Assembly: GCA_017557885.1 (NCBI GenBank)
Contig: JAFYXV010000007.1
Span: forward strand, 148,620-212,619
Direction of reading: 5' to 3'
DNA length: 64,000 nt
DNA from: a bacterium
GTDB lineage: Bacteria > Auribacterota > UBA3054
Shown: piece by piece, positions 30,482 through 39,671 of the stretch
How the letters are laid out: each line of letters starts with the position of its first letter
Position numbering within the stretch: the first letter of the stretch is position 1
The notes under the pieces: generated by a model
Databases searched by the model: none
The model's input: only the letters and a program-made list of their open reading frames with translations
What the model was told of the DNA's origin: nothing
Position numbers and translations under genes: made by a program

Positions 30482-31943
30482 TTTCTATCTTCGCGATGAT
30501 CTCTTTGGTGATCCTTCTTTCGTCACAGTCGTAAAACACGCGGTTGATCTCCTGGTAGGTCTCGTGGCCTTTGCCGGCTATCAGCACCACGTCCCCGGAT
30601 CTGGCGGAGCTGACGGCGTAGGCAATGGCTTCCTTGCGGTCGAGGATGACTTTGTAATTCTCGCCGCTCATGCCGGATCTGATGTCGGCCACGATGGCTT
30701 CCGGATCCTCAGTGCGGGGGTTGTCGGTGGTGATGACCACCATGTCCGCCATCTCCTCCGCGGCTTTGCCCATCCTGGGACGCTTGGTGCGGTCCCGGTC
30801 TCCGCCGCAGCCGAAGACGATCCAGAGCCTGTTCTCCGTGATTTCCCTGAGGCATTTCATGACGTTGCGCATGGCGTCGTCCGTGTGGGCGTAGTCGATG
30901 ACGATGACCAATCCCAGTTTGTTGGGCATAAATTCAAGCCTTCCCGGAACGGGAGGCAGGGCGGGGCAGAGGGAGAGGGCCTTCTCCTCCGAAAGACCGA
31001 AGGAACAGGCCACCGCCAGGGCGCCCATGACGTTGGCCACGTTGTGGCGGCCGAGGTAATTTATCTTTATGCGATGATCCTTTTCGAAGGCTCCCTTCAG
31101 GGTGAATTCCGAACCGTCGCGCATGACCGAGATATCTTCCGCTTTTATTTCCGCCTCTTTGCCGGAGGTGGTCATGGTGACCACGCGTTTTCCTTCTTCC
31201 TTAAGCTCTTTGGCGAGCCTTTCGCCCCATTCGTCGTCCACCATGACAAAGCAGGAGGCGTCTTCCTTGCAGTGCTCGAAGAAACGTCTCTTGGCCTGGT
31301 AATACTCCTCCATGGAGTGGTGGTAGTCCAGATGGTCCTGGGTGAGGTTGGTGAAGACCAGGGCGTCGAATTTCAAATCGCCTATTCTTTTCTGGACAGC
31401 CGCATGGCTGGAAACTTCCATGACCACGGCGTCCGCGCCGGCTTTGTCCATGACGGAGAGCAGTCCGTAAAGTTCGAACACGTCCGGCGTGGTGCGGGAG
31501 GCGGGTTTCTTAAGATCTTTTATTTCGTAGGAGATGGTGCCGATCAAGCCCACCGTGAGACCCATGGCGCTCAAGAAATTCCTGACGACATAGGCGGAGG
31601 TGGTCTTGCCGTTGGTGCCGGTGATGCCGACGAGTTTGCACTTCGGCTGTCCGTAGAAGCGGTGGGCCAGAAGCGAGAGAGTGTCTATGTCCTCTGATAT
31701 TTTCACCACGGCGACGTTGTCCGGGACTAATTTCGGAGGCTCGGTGACGAAAATGGCGGAGGCGCCTCTCTCCACCGCGTCGGATATATAGATGGCGCCG
31801 TCTGACAGCGCGCCTTTCTTGGCCACGAAGACAAAGCCGGGCTTGACCTGACGGCTGTTCAGGGAAAGGCCGGAGATCTCGATCTTGTCGTTCCCCTGGA
31901 GCAGAGCGTGGGGGACGTTTTCCAAAAGTTCATTCAACAGCAT
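30474..31943 (-). CDS. murE: UDP-MurNAc-L-Ala-D-Glu--meso-DAP ligase
   Basis: ITGTNGKTT, TTPD, MEVSSH, DHLDYH, DYAHT, GCGGDRD, DNPR (meso-DAP specificity), GKGHE. Start moved to 31943. Confidence 0.95.
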   Translation of the reverse strand: MLLNELLENVPHALLQGNDKIEISGLSLNSRQVKPGFVFVAKKGALSDGAIYISDAVERGASAIFVTEPPKLVPDNVAVVKISEDIDTLSLLAHRFYGQPKCKLVGITGTNGKTTSAYVVRNFLSAMGLTVGLIGTISYEIKDLKKPASRTTPDVFELYGLLSVMDKAGADAVVMEVSSHAAVQKRIGDLKFDALVFTNLTQDHLDYHHSMEEYYQAKRRFFEHCKEDASCFVMVDDEWGERLAKELKEEGKRVVTMTTSGKEAEIKAEDISVMRDGSEFTLKGAFEKDHRIKINYLGRHNVANVMGALAVACSFGLSEEKALSLCPALPPVPGRLEFMPNKLGLVIVIDYAHTDDAMRNVMKCLREITENRLWIVFGCGGDRDRTKRPRMGKAAEEMADMVVITTDNPRTEDPEAIVADIRSGMSGENYKVILDRKEAIAYAVSSARSGDVVLIAGKGHETYQEINRVFYDCDERRITKEIIAKIENA

Positions 31944-33702
31944 ATTTATCCTCCCTTTGATTTTCCTCCTCAGTCTCATAATCGGCCGGCACCTGCAGGT
32001 GCTCAAGGGCGGCTTTGCAGACTTCCCTGAATATGGGCGCCGCAACTTTTCCGCCGTAGATTGATTTTCTCGGGTTGTCAACGACGACCACGCAGACAAT
32101 TCTGGGATTGTAAGCGGGAACGAATCCGGCGAAGGAGGCCACGTAGTTCTTCTTGGAATAGGTTCCGATGGCCGGGTCGTATTTCTGGGCCGTGCCGGTC
32201 TTGCCGGCTATTTTGTATCCCGGGATCGCGACCAGTCGTCCGGTGCCGTCGTCGTCGGTGACGGCCACCATGGCGTCAGTCATGTCCAGGGCGGCTTTTT
32301 CCGAGATAACTCCGGATTGGGCCACGATGGGTTCGAAATAATTGAAATTCTTGGCTTCCGGGGAGATCGTGTCGTCCGCCATGTGGATCATTTTCACGAG
32401 CCTCGGCTTCATCCTGACGCCGCGGTTGGCGATGGTGCCGATGGCGGAGGCCATCTGAAGAGCGGTGACGGAGATCTCCTGCCCCATGGGGACGGATTGG
32501 ATGGTGTAGCCCGACCATTTCTCAACAGGCTTCAGGCTGCCGGCGGATTCGCCTTCCATGATCTTAAGGTCGCTCTTGGAGCCGAAGCCGAAAGCTCTCA
32601 GGCCTTCGTACAGTTTTTTCTTGCCAAGCATCTCGGAGACCTGGCCGATGCCGATGTTGGAGGAATACTTGATTACTTCCTTGAAGGTCACCGTGCCCAT
32701 CTTGTGATCGTCGTGCATCTTCCTGCCGTGCTCGGTTATCCAAAGCCCGTTTTTGCAGTCGATGAGGGTGGAGAGGTTCACCACGCCCTCGGTGAGGGCC
32801 AAGGAGCCGGAGATGGGCTTCATGATGGAGCCGGGCTCGAAGGGGTCGCTCAAAAGAATATTGTTGAAGATGCCTTCCTTGTAATCGCTGCGGGAATTGG
32901 GATCGAAGAAAGGCCAGGACGCCATGGCCAGGATGTCGCCGGTGGCGGGATCGAGCATGATGATGCCGGCCCTGGCGGGGGTGTATTCCTCCGCGGCTTT
33001 GGCCAGCTGTTCCTGGGCGATCTGCTGGAGCTTTTCGTCGATGGTGAGGAAGATGTTCTGGCCGTCCATGGGATCAAGGATCAGATCGACGCTCTTAAGG
33101 TCGAAGAAACGGCGCTGGCGGTTGTCCCGGAGGAAGGTGTTCCAGCCGTCGATGCCGGCCAGATAATGGTCGGCGCCTTTCTCGACGCCGAAGGCGCCTC
33201 TGCCTTCGCTGTCGCAGAAGCCTATCTGCACGCCGAAGAGCTCCTTCTTGGGATAGACGCGTTTCTCTTCATATTTGATATAGACGCCGGGAAGTTTTTT
33301 CTGGGAGGTAAGCGTCCTGATCTTGTGGCTCTCCGTGTCCATCAGGCCTTTGGCGATGACGTTGTAGCGGTTGGAGGCGGCCAGGTGATCGCGGATCTCG
33401 CTTTCGCTCATCTCCATTATTTCGCCCAGAAGCCTGGCTTCTTTCACGGGATCCTTGACCACGCCGGGGTCGCACCAGAGGGTGGGGGAGGTGGTGGAAA
33501 GCGCCAGGATGGCGCCGTGGCGGTCGCAGATCTGGCCTCTCTTGGCTTCCACTTTCACCGTGGTCCTGAGCTGGTCAAGCTTGCGGGCGTTGTATGCCGT
33601 CTGGTCCGTCATCTGAAGGAAATATACGCGTCCCAGCAGCGCCAGCAGCGCCAGCGTCAGGATTCCCATAAGAAAATGTATTTTTTTCGATCCCGGTCTC
33701 AT
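31930..33702 (-). CDS. ftsI: class B penicillin-binding protein (septal transpeptidase)
   Basis: N-terminal TM, RG.I.DR, EPGSIMK (SxxK), SSN, KTGTAQ; no PASTA domains. Confidence 0.92.
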   Translation of the reverse strand: MRPGSKKIHFLMGILTLALLALLGRVYFLQMTDQTAYNARKLDQLRTTVKVEAKRGQICDRHGAILALSTTSPTLWCDPGVVKDPVKEARLLGEIMEMSESEIRDHLAASNRYNVIAKGLMDTESHKIRTLTSQKKLPGVYIKYEEKRVYPKKELFGVQIGFCDSEGRGAFGVEKGADHYLAGIDGWNTFLRDNRQRRFFDLKSVDLILDPMDGQNIFLTIDEKLQQIAQEQLAKAAEEYTPARAGIIMLDPATGDILAMASWPFFDPNSRSDYKEGIFNNILLSDPFEPGSIMKPISGSLALTEGVVNLSTLIDCKNGLWITEHGRKMHDDHKMGTVTFKEVIKYSSNIGIGQVSEMLGKKKLYEGLRAFGFGSKSDLKIMEGESAGSLKPVEKWSGYTIQSVPMGQEISVTALQMASAIGTIANRGVRMKPRLVKMIHMADDTISPEAKNFNYFEPIVAQSGVISEKAALDMTDAMVAVTDDDGTGRLVAIPGYKIAGKTGTAQKYDPAIGTYSKKNYVASFAGFVPAYNPRIVCVVVVDNPRKSIYGGKVAAPIFREVCKAALEHLQVPADYETEEENQREDKYAVE

Positions 33703-33719
33703 TATTTATTACGTACGCT

Positions 33720-34127
33720 TTAACGTTGGGCGGACTCGCTGATATTTTCGCCGCGGGCCAGCTGCTGTTCTTCGTTCCTTTCCTGGTCGATGCCGCTGGG
33801 TTTCTGCAGATTAACGATGCGGCTCAGTTTCGTTTTGCGCAGGTGAATGCCGTATTCCTGCAGCGCTTTCTCCACATACTCCACGGCCCTGACCTTTTCC
33901 AGTTCGGATTTCGTGAAGTCCCTGTCCCGGCGCAGACTGACGATCTCGTATTCCAGGTTGGCGATCCTGAACTGGACGTCGGCTTTCTTTTTGCTCGCGT
34001 TGATTAGTCCGAGGCAGAAGACGACCACGAGAAAGAGAAGCGCGCAGAAGATCGCGCAGATCTTGAAATTCATGTTCGGTCCTTCGGACTTTTTCGCGTT
34101 TTGTTTACTGTAGATCACTCTTGGCAT
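33720..34127 (-). CDS. ftsL: FtsL-like cell division protein
   Basis: Short cytoplasmic N-terminus, TM and heptad coiled coil; lies between rsmH and ftsI. Confidence 0.7.
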   Translation of the reverse strand: MPRVIYSKQNAKKSEGPNMNFKICAIFCALLFLVVVFCLGLINASKKKADVQFRIANLEYEIVSLRRDRDFTKSELEKVRAVEYVEKALQEYGIHLRKTKLSRIVNLQKPSGIDQERNEEQQLARGENISESAQR

Positions 34128-35031
34128 TCTTGTCTCCTTGGTCGGCAGTTTTCTCGAAAACTCTTAAAAGGGCGCTGCGGGATCTTGGGTTTTCCGCTAT
34201 CTCCTTTTCTCCGGGAGTCAGGGGTTTCTTGGTTATGATCGTTCCTTTTCCTTCCTGCTTGAAATTCCGGAAAAGGTTTTTCACTATCCTGTCCTCCCCG
34301 GAATGGAAGCTGATGACCACCAGACGTCCGCCCGGCGCCAGAAGTTCCTCGGCTCCGCACAGCCCTTCTTCCAGCGATTTGAGTTCGTGGTTCACGGCTA
34401 TGCGCAGAGCCTGGAAGACCCTTGTGGCCGGGTGGACCTTGGAACGCCGGAATCCGAAGCGGTAGTAAACGCCGGAGACCAGCGAGGCAAGCTCCTCCGA
34501 AGTCGCGAAGGGGCGAGTCTTCCTTCTGGCCGCTATTGCGCGGGCGATGGGCCTGGAAAAGCGTTCGTCGCCGAAATTGAAGAAAATGTCGGCCAGCTCG
34601 TTTTCCGGGCAGGTGTTCAAAAGATCTGAAGCCTTCAGGAGTTCGTTGCGGTCGAGACGCATATCCAGGGGGCAGTCTCTCTCAAAGCCGAAGCCTCTCT
34701 CGGGATCGTCCAGCTGTTTGGAAGAGACGCCGCAGTCGCAGAGTATGGCGTTGAAGTCTTTGAGACCCAGTTCGGCGCAAACCTCTCTTACCTTGGCGTA
34801 GTCGGAATGCCTCAGGAGAAAATCGCCGCCGACTGCTTTGAGATTCTCGTATGCCAGAGGCAGAGTTTCCGTGTCGCGGTCCAGGCCCAGAAGAAAACCG
34901 GAAGGAGCGATAGCTTTCAAAATGGCTGCGGAGTGACCCGCCAATCCGACCGTCATGTCCAGGCAGCGCTGGCCGCTTTCAAGCCGCATGTAAGAGCAAA
35001 CTTCCGAAAGCATGACGGGGATGTGTTCCAT
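34105..35031 (-). CDS. rsmH: 16S rRNA m4C1402 methyltransferase
   Basis: HIPVM, D.T.G.AGHS, GVSS.QLD, LDMR, ATRVFQALRIAVN, ISFHSGEDRIVK, NPRSRSA. Confidence 0.96.
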   Translation of the reverse strand: MEHIPVMLSEVCSYMRLESGQRCLDMTVGLAGHSAAILKAIAPSGFLLGLDRDTETLPLAYENLKAVGGDFLLRHSDYAKVREVCAELGLKDFNAILCDCGVSSKQLDDPERGFGFERDCPLDMRLDRNELLKASDLLNTCPENELADIFFNFGDERFSRPIARAIAARRKTRPFATSEELASLVSGVYYRFGFRRSKVHPATRVFQALRIAVNHELKSLEEGLCGAEELLAPGGRLVVISFHSGEDRIVKNLFRNFKQEGKGTIITKKPLTPGEKEIAENPRSRSALLRVFEKTADQGDKNAKSDLQ

Positions 35032-35034
35032 TTT

Positions 35035-35484
35035 TTACCTCGGTTCTTTTCTGCTTTCTGCGATTTCCTGCATGTTCTTTCCGAGATTGGCGATGTTGGC
35101 GGCAAATTCCGCCGCGTAAGCTTCGCTGTTCCAGATCTCCATATAAGAGGAGACGCCAGCGACAACAACTTCTCCTGTCAGCCCGGCCCAGTCTCTCAGA
35201 TTCTTGGGGATCGTGAGTCTGGAATGGGAGTCCATTTCGAGTTTGCTGCCGCCCAGCAAAGCGCGCTTCATTTCCTCGGTCTTGGCGTCGTAAGGGTCAA
35301 GCTCCTCGAGCATCGTAAGGCTCTTGGAGAAGTCCTCCCAGTCGTAGAGACGCAAAAATTTCTTGCGACCGTAGGTGACGAAAAAGACCTTCGCGTCGTT
35401 CACGCGGCAGAATGCCGGAACGGCTATGCGTCCTTTCGCGTCGACCTTCAAAGAGGCGGTTCCTATGTACCTTTCTTTAGCCAT
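35035..35484 (-). CDS. mraZ: transcriptional regulator MraZ
   Basis: Two DxxxR repeats (DAKGRIAVP, DSHSRLTIP) and EIW; first gene of the dcw cluster. Confidence 0.9.
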   Translation of the reverse strand: MAKERYIGTASLKVDAKGRIAVPAFCRVNDAKVFFVTYGRKKFLRLYDWEDFSKSLTMLEELDPYDAKTEEMKRALLGGSKLEMDSHSRLTIPKNLRDWAGLTGEVVVAGVSSYMEIWNSEAYAAEFAANIANLGKNMQEIAESRKEPR

Positions 35485-35561
35485 TGGTTAATTGATTTTG
35501 GAAATGGGTTGAACACACACAATCTGTTAAAAAACACACTCCGATTTTTTGTTCGCGACAT

Positions 35562-35591
35562 ATTATATCCCACTTTGTCCCACAAAGTCAA
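35562..35591 (-). promoter_or_regulatory. dcw sigma70 promoter with MraZ boxes in the spacer
   Basis: TTGACT-N18-TATAAT; the spacer holds GTGGG-ACAAA-GTGGG (10-bp period), matching the established MraZ TGGG repeat. Confidence 0.8.
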
Positions 35592-35731
35592 GACCCCCTC
35601 CCGTACCACCCCTCACAAAGAGGGGGCTTTCTAAAATAAAATACTTAATATAAGTATGTTATATAGTAAGATGAAAGTGGGTGAGAAAAACGCTCCCGAC
35701 GATCTGGAAGGCGAAAATTTAGACTTTTGCT

Positions 35732-35751
35732 TGTGGATAAGTTGTGGGTAA
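35732..35751 (+). promoter_or_regulatory. tandem DnaA boxes
   Basis: TGTGGATAA (exact reverse complement of TTATCCACA) at 35732-35740 and TGTGGGTAA (1 mismatch) at 35743-35751. Confidence 0.55.
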
Positions 35752-35770
35752 AGATGTTTTTTCTAAAAAT

Positions 35771-35786
35771 GTGGGACTAAGTGGGA
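35771..35786 (+). promoter_or_regulatory. second MraZ-box pair, opposite orientation
   Basis: GTGGGACTAAGTGGGA, 15/16 identical to the promoter copy GTGGGACAAAGTGGGA. Confidence 0.6.
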
Positions 35787-35861
35787 AGAGGTTTCGGAAC
35801 CCGGGAAAATCCGGGCTGCGTATTGCCTGAAGGCCCTGTTTTTGTTAAGATAAATATCAAT

Positions 35862-37505
35862 ATGAATAACGTAAAAACTTTTATTCTTGGCTTGGACGGC
35901 GCAGACTGGTCGGTGCTGGAGCCTCTGATCAAAGAGGGAATATTGCCGAATTTCAGCCGCCTTTATTCCGGAGCGCACGGGCCTTTGGACAGCACCTGCC
36001 CGCCGCTTACGCCGCCGGGCTGGACTTCCTCCGTGACCGGACGCAATCCCGGCAAGCACAATATTTTCGATTTCTTCTCCTACAGCGGCAGGGATTACGA
36101 CCTTCACCTTACCAACAGGAAGGACAGGGCCTGCCGGGCTATTTGGAATTACGTTTCCGAGGAAGGGGGAAGAGTCCTGGTCATGAACGTGCCCCATACC
36201 TATCCTCCGGAAAAAGTCAACGGGTACCTGATCTCCGGCTTCGGCACGCCCGAGTGGGACTGCGCTTACACTTTTCCTCCGGAACTGAAAAAGAGGATCC
36301 TGAAAGGCCATCCCTCTTTCAAAGTGGACATGCCCTCCAGGCTTCTTCACGAGGGAAATTTCAAGGCTTTCACCGAGCAGGTGAACGCCCATTGCGAAGA
36401 GCAGTTCAAAGTCTTCACGGAGCTTTACGCGGAACTGAAGCCCCATTTCGCCATGTTCGCCTTCGTGGAGATGGACAGGCTTTTCCATTTTTTCTGGAAG
36501 GAGAACATGGTGGAGAAAAAGGGGCCCTACGCGACGCTCTTTCGGGACCACTTTGTTTTTCTGGACAAACTTTTAGGCCCCTTCCTGGATTCCCTGGACG
36601 ATCAAACGGCCGTGATGGTCATTTCCGACCACGGTTTCGGGGAAGTCAAAAAGGACATTTACGTCAACAACTGGCTCAGGGAAAAAGGCTATCTCGCCGT
36701 TAAGGAAGGCAAGGACGCCGTAAAGGAAGGCACCGTTCCCGCCTGGAAACTTAAGACCGCCGCTTTCCTCGACAAGATCGGTTTGTGGGGGGTATACCTG
36801 AAACTCAGGCGCGCCCAGCTGGAGAAAAGCAATTCCGCCGGCGCGGGAGCCGAGACTGTGCGTTCCGCCACGGCTCTGAGCGCCGTTGACTGGGCCAAAA
36901 CGAAGGCTTATTTCTCCTCCATGTCCGCCCGCTCCCTGCGGCTCAACCTGGAGGGCAGGGAATTCTGCGGCGTCGTGAAGAAAGAAGAATACGCGCAGCT
37001 GCAGGACAGGATCGCAAGAGAGCTTCTGGAACTGAAGGACGAGGACGGGACGCAGGTGATCACGAGAGTCTTCAAGCCCCAGGACGCCTATCGGGGCGAG
37101 CACGTTCTCTCGGCCTCGGACCTTTATCTGGAGCCGGCTCCCGGCTATTCCTTCAACCAGGGTTTCGCCGCCGGCGTAATCATGCCCAGCACCCAGCACG
37201 GTCAGCCCCGCTCCGGCGATCACAGGCAGTACGGCGTTTTCATGCTGCAGGGACCTCAGATCAAACAGGGCCTTTGCCTGGATGCGGAGATCATTGACGT
37301 GACGCCCACCATGCTGGCGTTGATGGGCATTCCGCTTTCCTCCGAACTGGACGGCAAGCCGCTCACGGAGGCAATGGATCCTGAATTCGTGAACGCCAAT
37401 CCTGTCAGACGCTATCAGGAGGCGCCCTACGGGGAGTGCCCCAAGGGCGAGGAAGAAAACGAGGAAAAACTTCAGGAAAGACTGAAGGATCTGGGATATC
37501 TCTGA
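35862..37505 (+). CDS. alkaline phosphatase superfamily protein (nucleotide pyrophosphatase/phosphodiesterase type)
   Basis: LGLDGA, STCPPLTPPGW, GRNPGKH, DRLFH, ISDHGF, SGDH, C-terminal ERLKDLGYL. Start moved to ATG 35862. Confidence 0.85.
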   Translation: MNNVKTFILGLDGADWSVLEPLIKEGILPNFSRLYSGAHGPLDSTCPPLTPPGWTSSVTGRNPGKHNIFDFFSYSGRDYDLHLTNRKDRACRAIWNYVSEEGGRVLVMNVPHTYPPEKVNGYLISGFGTPEWDCAYTFPPELKKRILKGHPSFKVDMPSRLLHEGNFKAFTEQVNAHCEEQFKVFTELYAELKPHFAMFAFVEMDRLFHFFWKENMVEKKGPYATLFRDHFVFLDKLLGPFLDSLDDQTAVMVISDHGFGEVKKDIYVNNWLREKGYLAVKEGKDAVKEGTVPAWKLKTAAFLDKIGLWGVYLKLRRAQLEKSNSAGAGAETVRSATALSAVDWAKTKAYFSSMSARSLRLNLEGREFCGVVKKEEYAQLQDRIARELLELKDEDGTQVITRVFKPQDAYRGEHVLSASDLYLEPAPGYSFNQGFAAGVIMPSTQHGQPRSGDHRQYGVFMLQGPQIKQGLCLDAEIIDVTPTMLALMGIPLSSELDGKPLTEAMDPEFVNANPVRRYQEAPYGECPKGEEENEEKLQERLKDLGYL

Positions 37506-37511
37506 TACGAA

Positions 37512-39548
37512 ATGAAAAGCCGGCCTGTATTTTTTCCGATCCTTTTGATCCTGCTTTCCGTTTCCTGCTTAGCCCTGAAGGCGGAGGAGGTCCTGTGGCC
37601 TGTCTATGGCAAATATTCCCTTACGGGAGTGCGGGACCTGACGGTGGCGCTTGGCAACGACCAGCGCGTCAATCTTTGGTCCGCCATCCGGCGCGTCGCC
37701 AACGGCGGAACGGAGGGCGTTGACAAGCGGGTGGAGCCGGTTCTTTTCACCGAAAAAAAGATCGCTTCGCTCTGGGCCTGCACGCTGCTCGGGCTGAAAA
37801 ACAAGGACGTTTACAAGATCAGGGAAGCCGTGACGGGCTACAGGGAGCTCAGGGGCGGCTATCCGGCCTTCATGCCCCAGCGCAGATGCTTCGCCACGCT
37901 TTCCAAAATACACGCCGCGCTGCGCTCCTCGCTGGAGCCTCTTGAAAGAAGGGAGGCGGACGATTGGCTGGTTGCCCTTTCCTCCCGCCGGGAGCCCGAC
38001 GTCGACGACAAGGCGGCGGAGGCGCTGGGCGCGGCCTACAAAGTCTTCGCCGGCGTTGCCGTCGGAAGGATGGACGTCTCCACCCAGGGCAAGCTGGGCA
38101 TGAAGAAATTTCTGCTCTCCCTCAACAAAGAAGCGGTGCCCACCGCCATGGAAGTCGGCGTCAGCCATTCCCTGCTCGAGAACTACTGCCTGGCCGCGGA
38201 AGTCTTCGCCGGAAGTTCCGACGATCTTTTCAAGATGGCGGCGAGATTTTCCAAAGGCGAGGATCTCGTCATCAAAGCCTGGGCCCTGAAGTTGGCGGAA
38301 CTGAAGGACAGCTCGGACGTTCTGCCCGGACGCGGCTGGGAAAAGGACGCCCTTTTCTCTCCCGCCGCCGCTTTCATCCTGGCCTGCCGCTGCAACGTCG
38401 CCCTGAGCGACCTTGAGAAAGCGGCCAACGTCGACCCTTGCCTGGCGGCGTTTTATTACACTAGGACCGCCCAGGCCTCGAGGATCGCCGGCGAGCCTTT
38501 GATAACTTCTCCGGCCGGCACCGGCTGGCTGGTGGCCCGCTCCCGCGTCCAGAAAGGGCCAGAGGCCCGCTACCTCCGCTTGATCAGCGTGAGCGGCGGA
38601 CGCTACGGCGATCTTCTGAGCCTTTTGTACAACGGCGGCGGCCGGACTCTGATGGGCAGAAAGAGCCAGCAGGACGGCGGCAGCCTCATAGGCCGGGAAT
38701 ATTTCACCCATACCGTCTCCTCCTCCACGGTTACTATCGATCACAAAAAGCAGAAGGCGGCGGCGGCCCGGGTGCTCTGCGCCGAAAACCGCCAGGGCCT
38801 GACTTTCCTGGATCTCGACGGCAGCCAGGCCTATGAAAAAATGGACGTTTACCGGCGCACTCTTTTCATGTGCGACGACTATTGCATAGACATTTTCTCC
38901 CTCGCCTCCAAGGAGCCTTTCATTGCGGAGTGGGTGATGGAGACTGAGAAAGACAGACCTCTCGTCCTCAAGGGGACCACCGCTCCGGAAATGAGCTATG
39001 AGATCAAAGACATCGCCAAGAGCTTCCTCGGCTCCGCCTGGCGGGAGCAGGCCTACCATACTCTGGAGGACGTTTCCTCCCAGCTGGCGGCCGCCCAATG
39101 GTCCTGCGATTTCGGCAACGGAGCGAAGACCACAATGCTCGGGCAAAGCGACACCAGGGTCATGACCGCCAACGCCGGCGGCGCGCTTTTGAAGACGGGG
39201 GATATAACCCACTACAGAAAAACCGACCAGTCCCTTCTCATAGCCAGACGCCAGAATGTCAAGGAGACCAGGTTCGCGGCGCTGCACGAGATCTATGGCG
39301 AGGCGCCTAAAACAAAAAGCTTCATGCGGCTGGAGGTGACCGGGGACGCCCTGGTCTTCGAGATCTCCTACGGCGACTATCTTGACTACGTTGTCGTTAA
39401 TTTCGGGAAAGAGCCTTTGAGCTTCAACATTTCCGAAAACAAGATCATCAAAGCGAACGCTTCGCCTTACGCGTTCTTAAGGCTGCACCGGGAGCAGGAG
39501 ATCCTATTGCAGGATCTGAACGCGGAGCTTGTTATTGAAAAAGATTAG
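37512..39548 (+). CDS. secreted protein, heparinase II/III (polysaccharide lyase)-like, divergent
   Basis: Signal peptide; helical N-terminal half; C-terminal beta half with D.LS, T....TV.ID...Q and YRRTL......DIF. The ORF is solid, the family tentative. Confidence 0.45.
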   Translation: MKSRPVFFPILLILLSVSCLALKAEEVLWPVYGKYSLTGVRDLTVALGNDQRVNLWSAIRRVANGGTEGVDKRVEPVLFTEKKIASLWACTLLGLKNKDVYKIREAVTGYRELRGGYPAFMPQRRCFATLSKIHAALRSSLEPLERREADDWLVALSSRREPDVDDKAAEALGAAYKVFAGVAVGRMDVSTQGKLGMKKFLLSLNKEAVPTAMEVGVSHSLLENYCLAAEVFAGSSDDLFKMAARFSKGEDLVIKAWALKLAELKDSSDVLPGRGWEKDALFSPAAAFILACRCNVALSDLEKAANVDPCLAAFYYTRTAQASRIAGEPLITSPAGTGWLVARSRVQKGPEARYLRLISVSGGRYGDLLSLLYNGGGRTLMGRKSQQDGGSLIGREYFTHTVSSSTVTIDHKKQKAAAARVLCAENRQGLTFLDLDGSQAYEKMDVYRRTLFMCDDYCIDIFSLASKEPFIAEWVMETEKDRPLVLKGTTAPEMSYEIKDIAKSFLGSAWREQAYHTLEDVSSQLAAAQWSCDFGNGAKTTMLGQSDTRVMTANAGGALLKTGDITHYRKTDQSLLIARRQNVKETRFAALHEIYGEAPKTKSFMRLEVTGDALVFEISYGDYLDYVVVNFGKEPLSFNISENKIIKANASPYAFLRLHREQEILLQDLNAELVIEKD

Positions 39549-39579
39549 TTGGATCAGGGGATTTTAATTCCTGATCTTT

Positions 39580-39630
39580 GAGCGGAAAGCCCGGGACTGA
39601 GAGCGGTTTTTCCGCTCTTTTTCTTTTTTT
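39580..39630 (+). terminator. intrinsic terminator with alternative pairing
   Basis: GAGCGGAAA...TTTCCGCTC followed by a long T-tract; a second GAGCGG at 39601 can pair with the same 3' arm. Confidence 0.65.
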
Positions 39631-39637
39631 GGCTTTT

Positions 39638-39646
39638 TGCTACAAT
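39638..39646 (+). promoter_or_regulatory. extended -10 candidate for the subtilase operon
   Basis: TGCTACAAT about 25 nt upstream of ATG 39672 (RBS AAGGT). Confidence 0.45.
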
Positions 39647-39671
39647 AAATCATTACATTAAAGGTAAATAT

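Noticed and set aside
23104-32099. N-terminal extensions on MurG, MraY and MurE as given in the ORF track
   Set aside because: These are upstream in-frame starts inside neighbouring genes or elements; RBS or stop-start overlaps support 24219, 28924 and 31943.
35600-35790. Replication origin (DnaA boxes plus AT-rich tract)
   Set aside because: Only one perfect and one near-perfect box, no dnaA/dnaN/gidA nearby, and GC skew cannot be assessed here; a promoter role is simpler.
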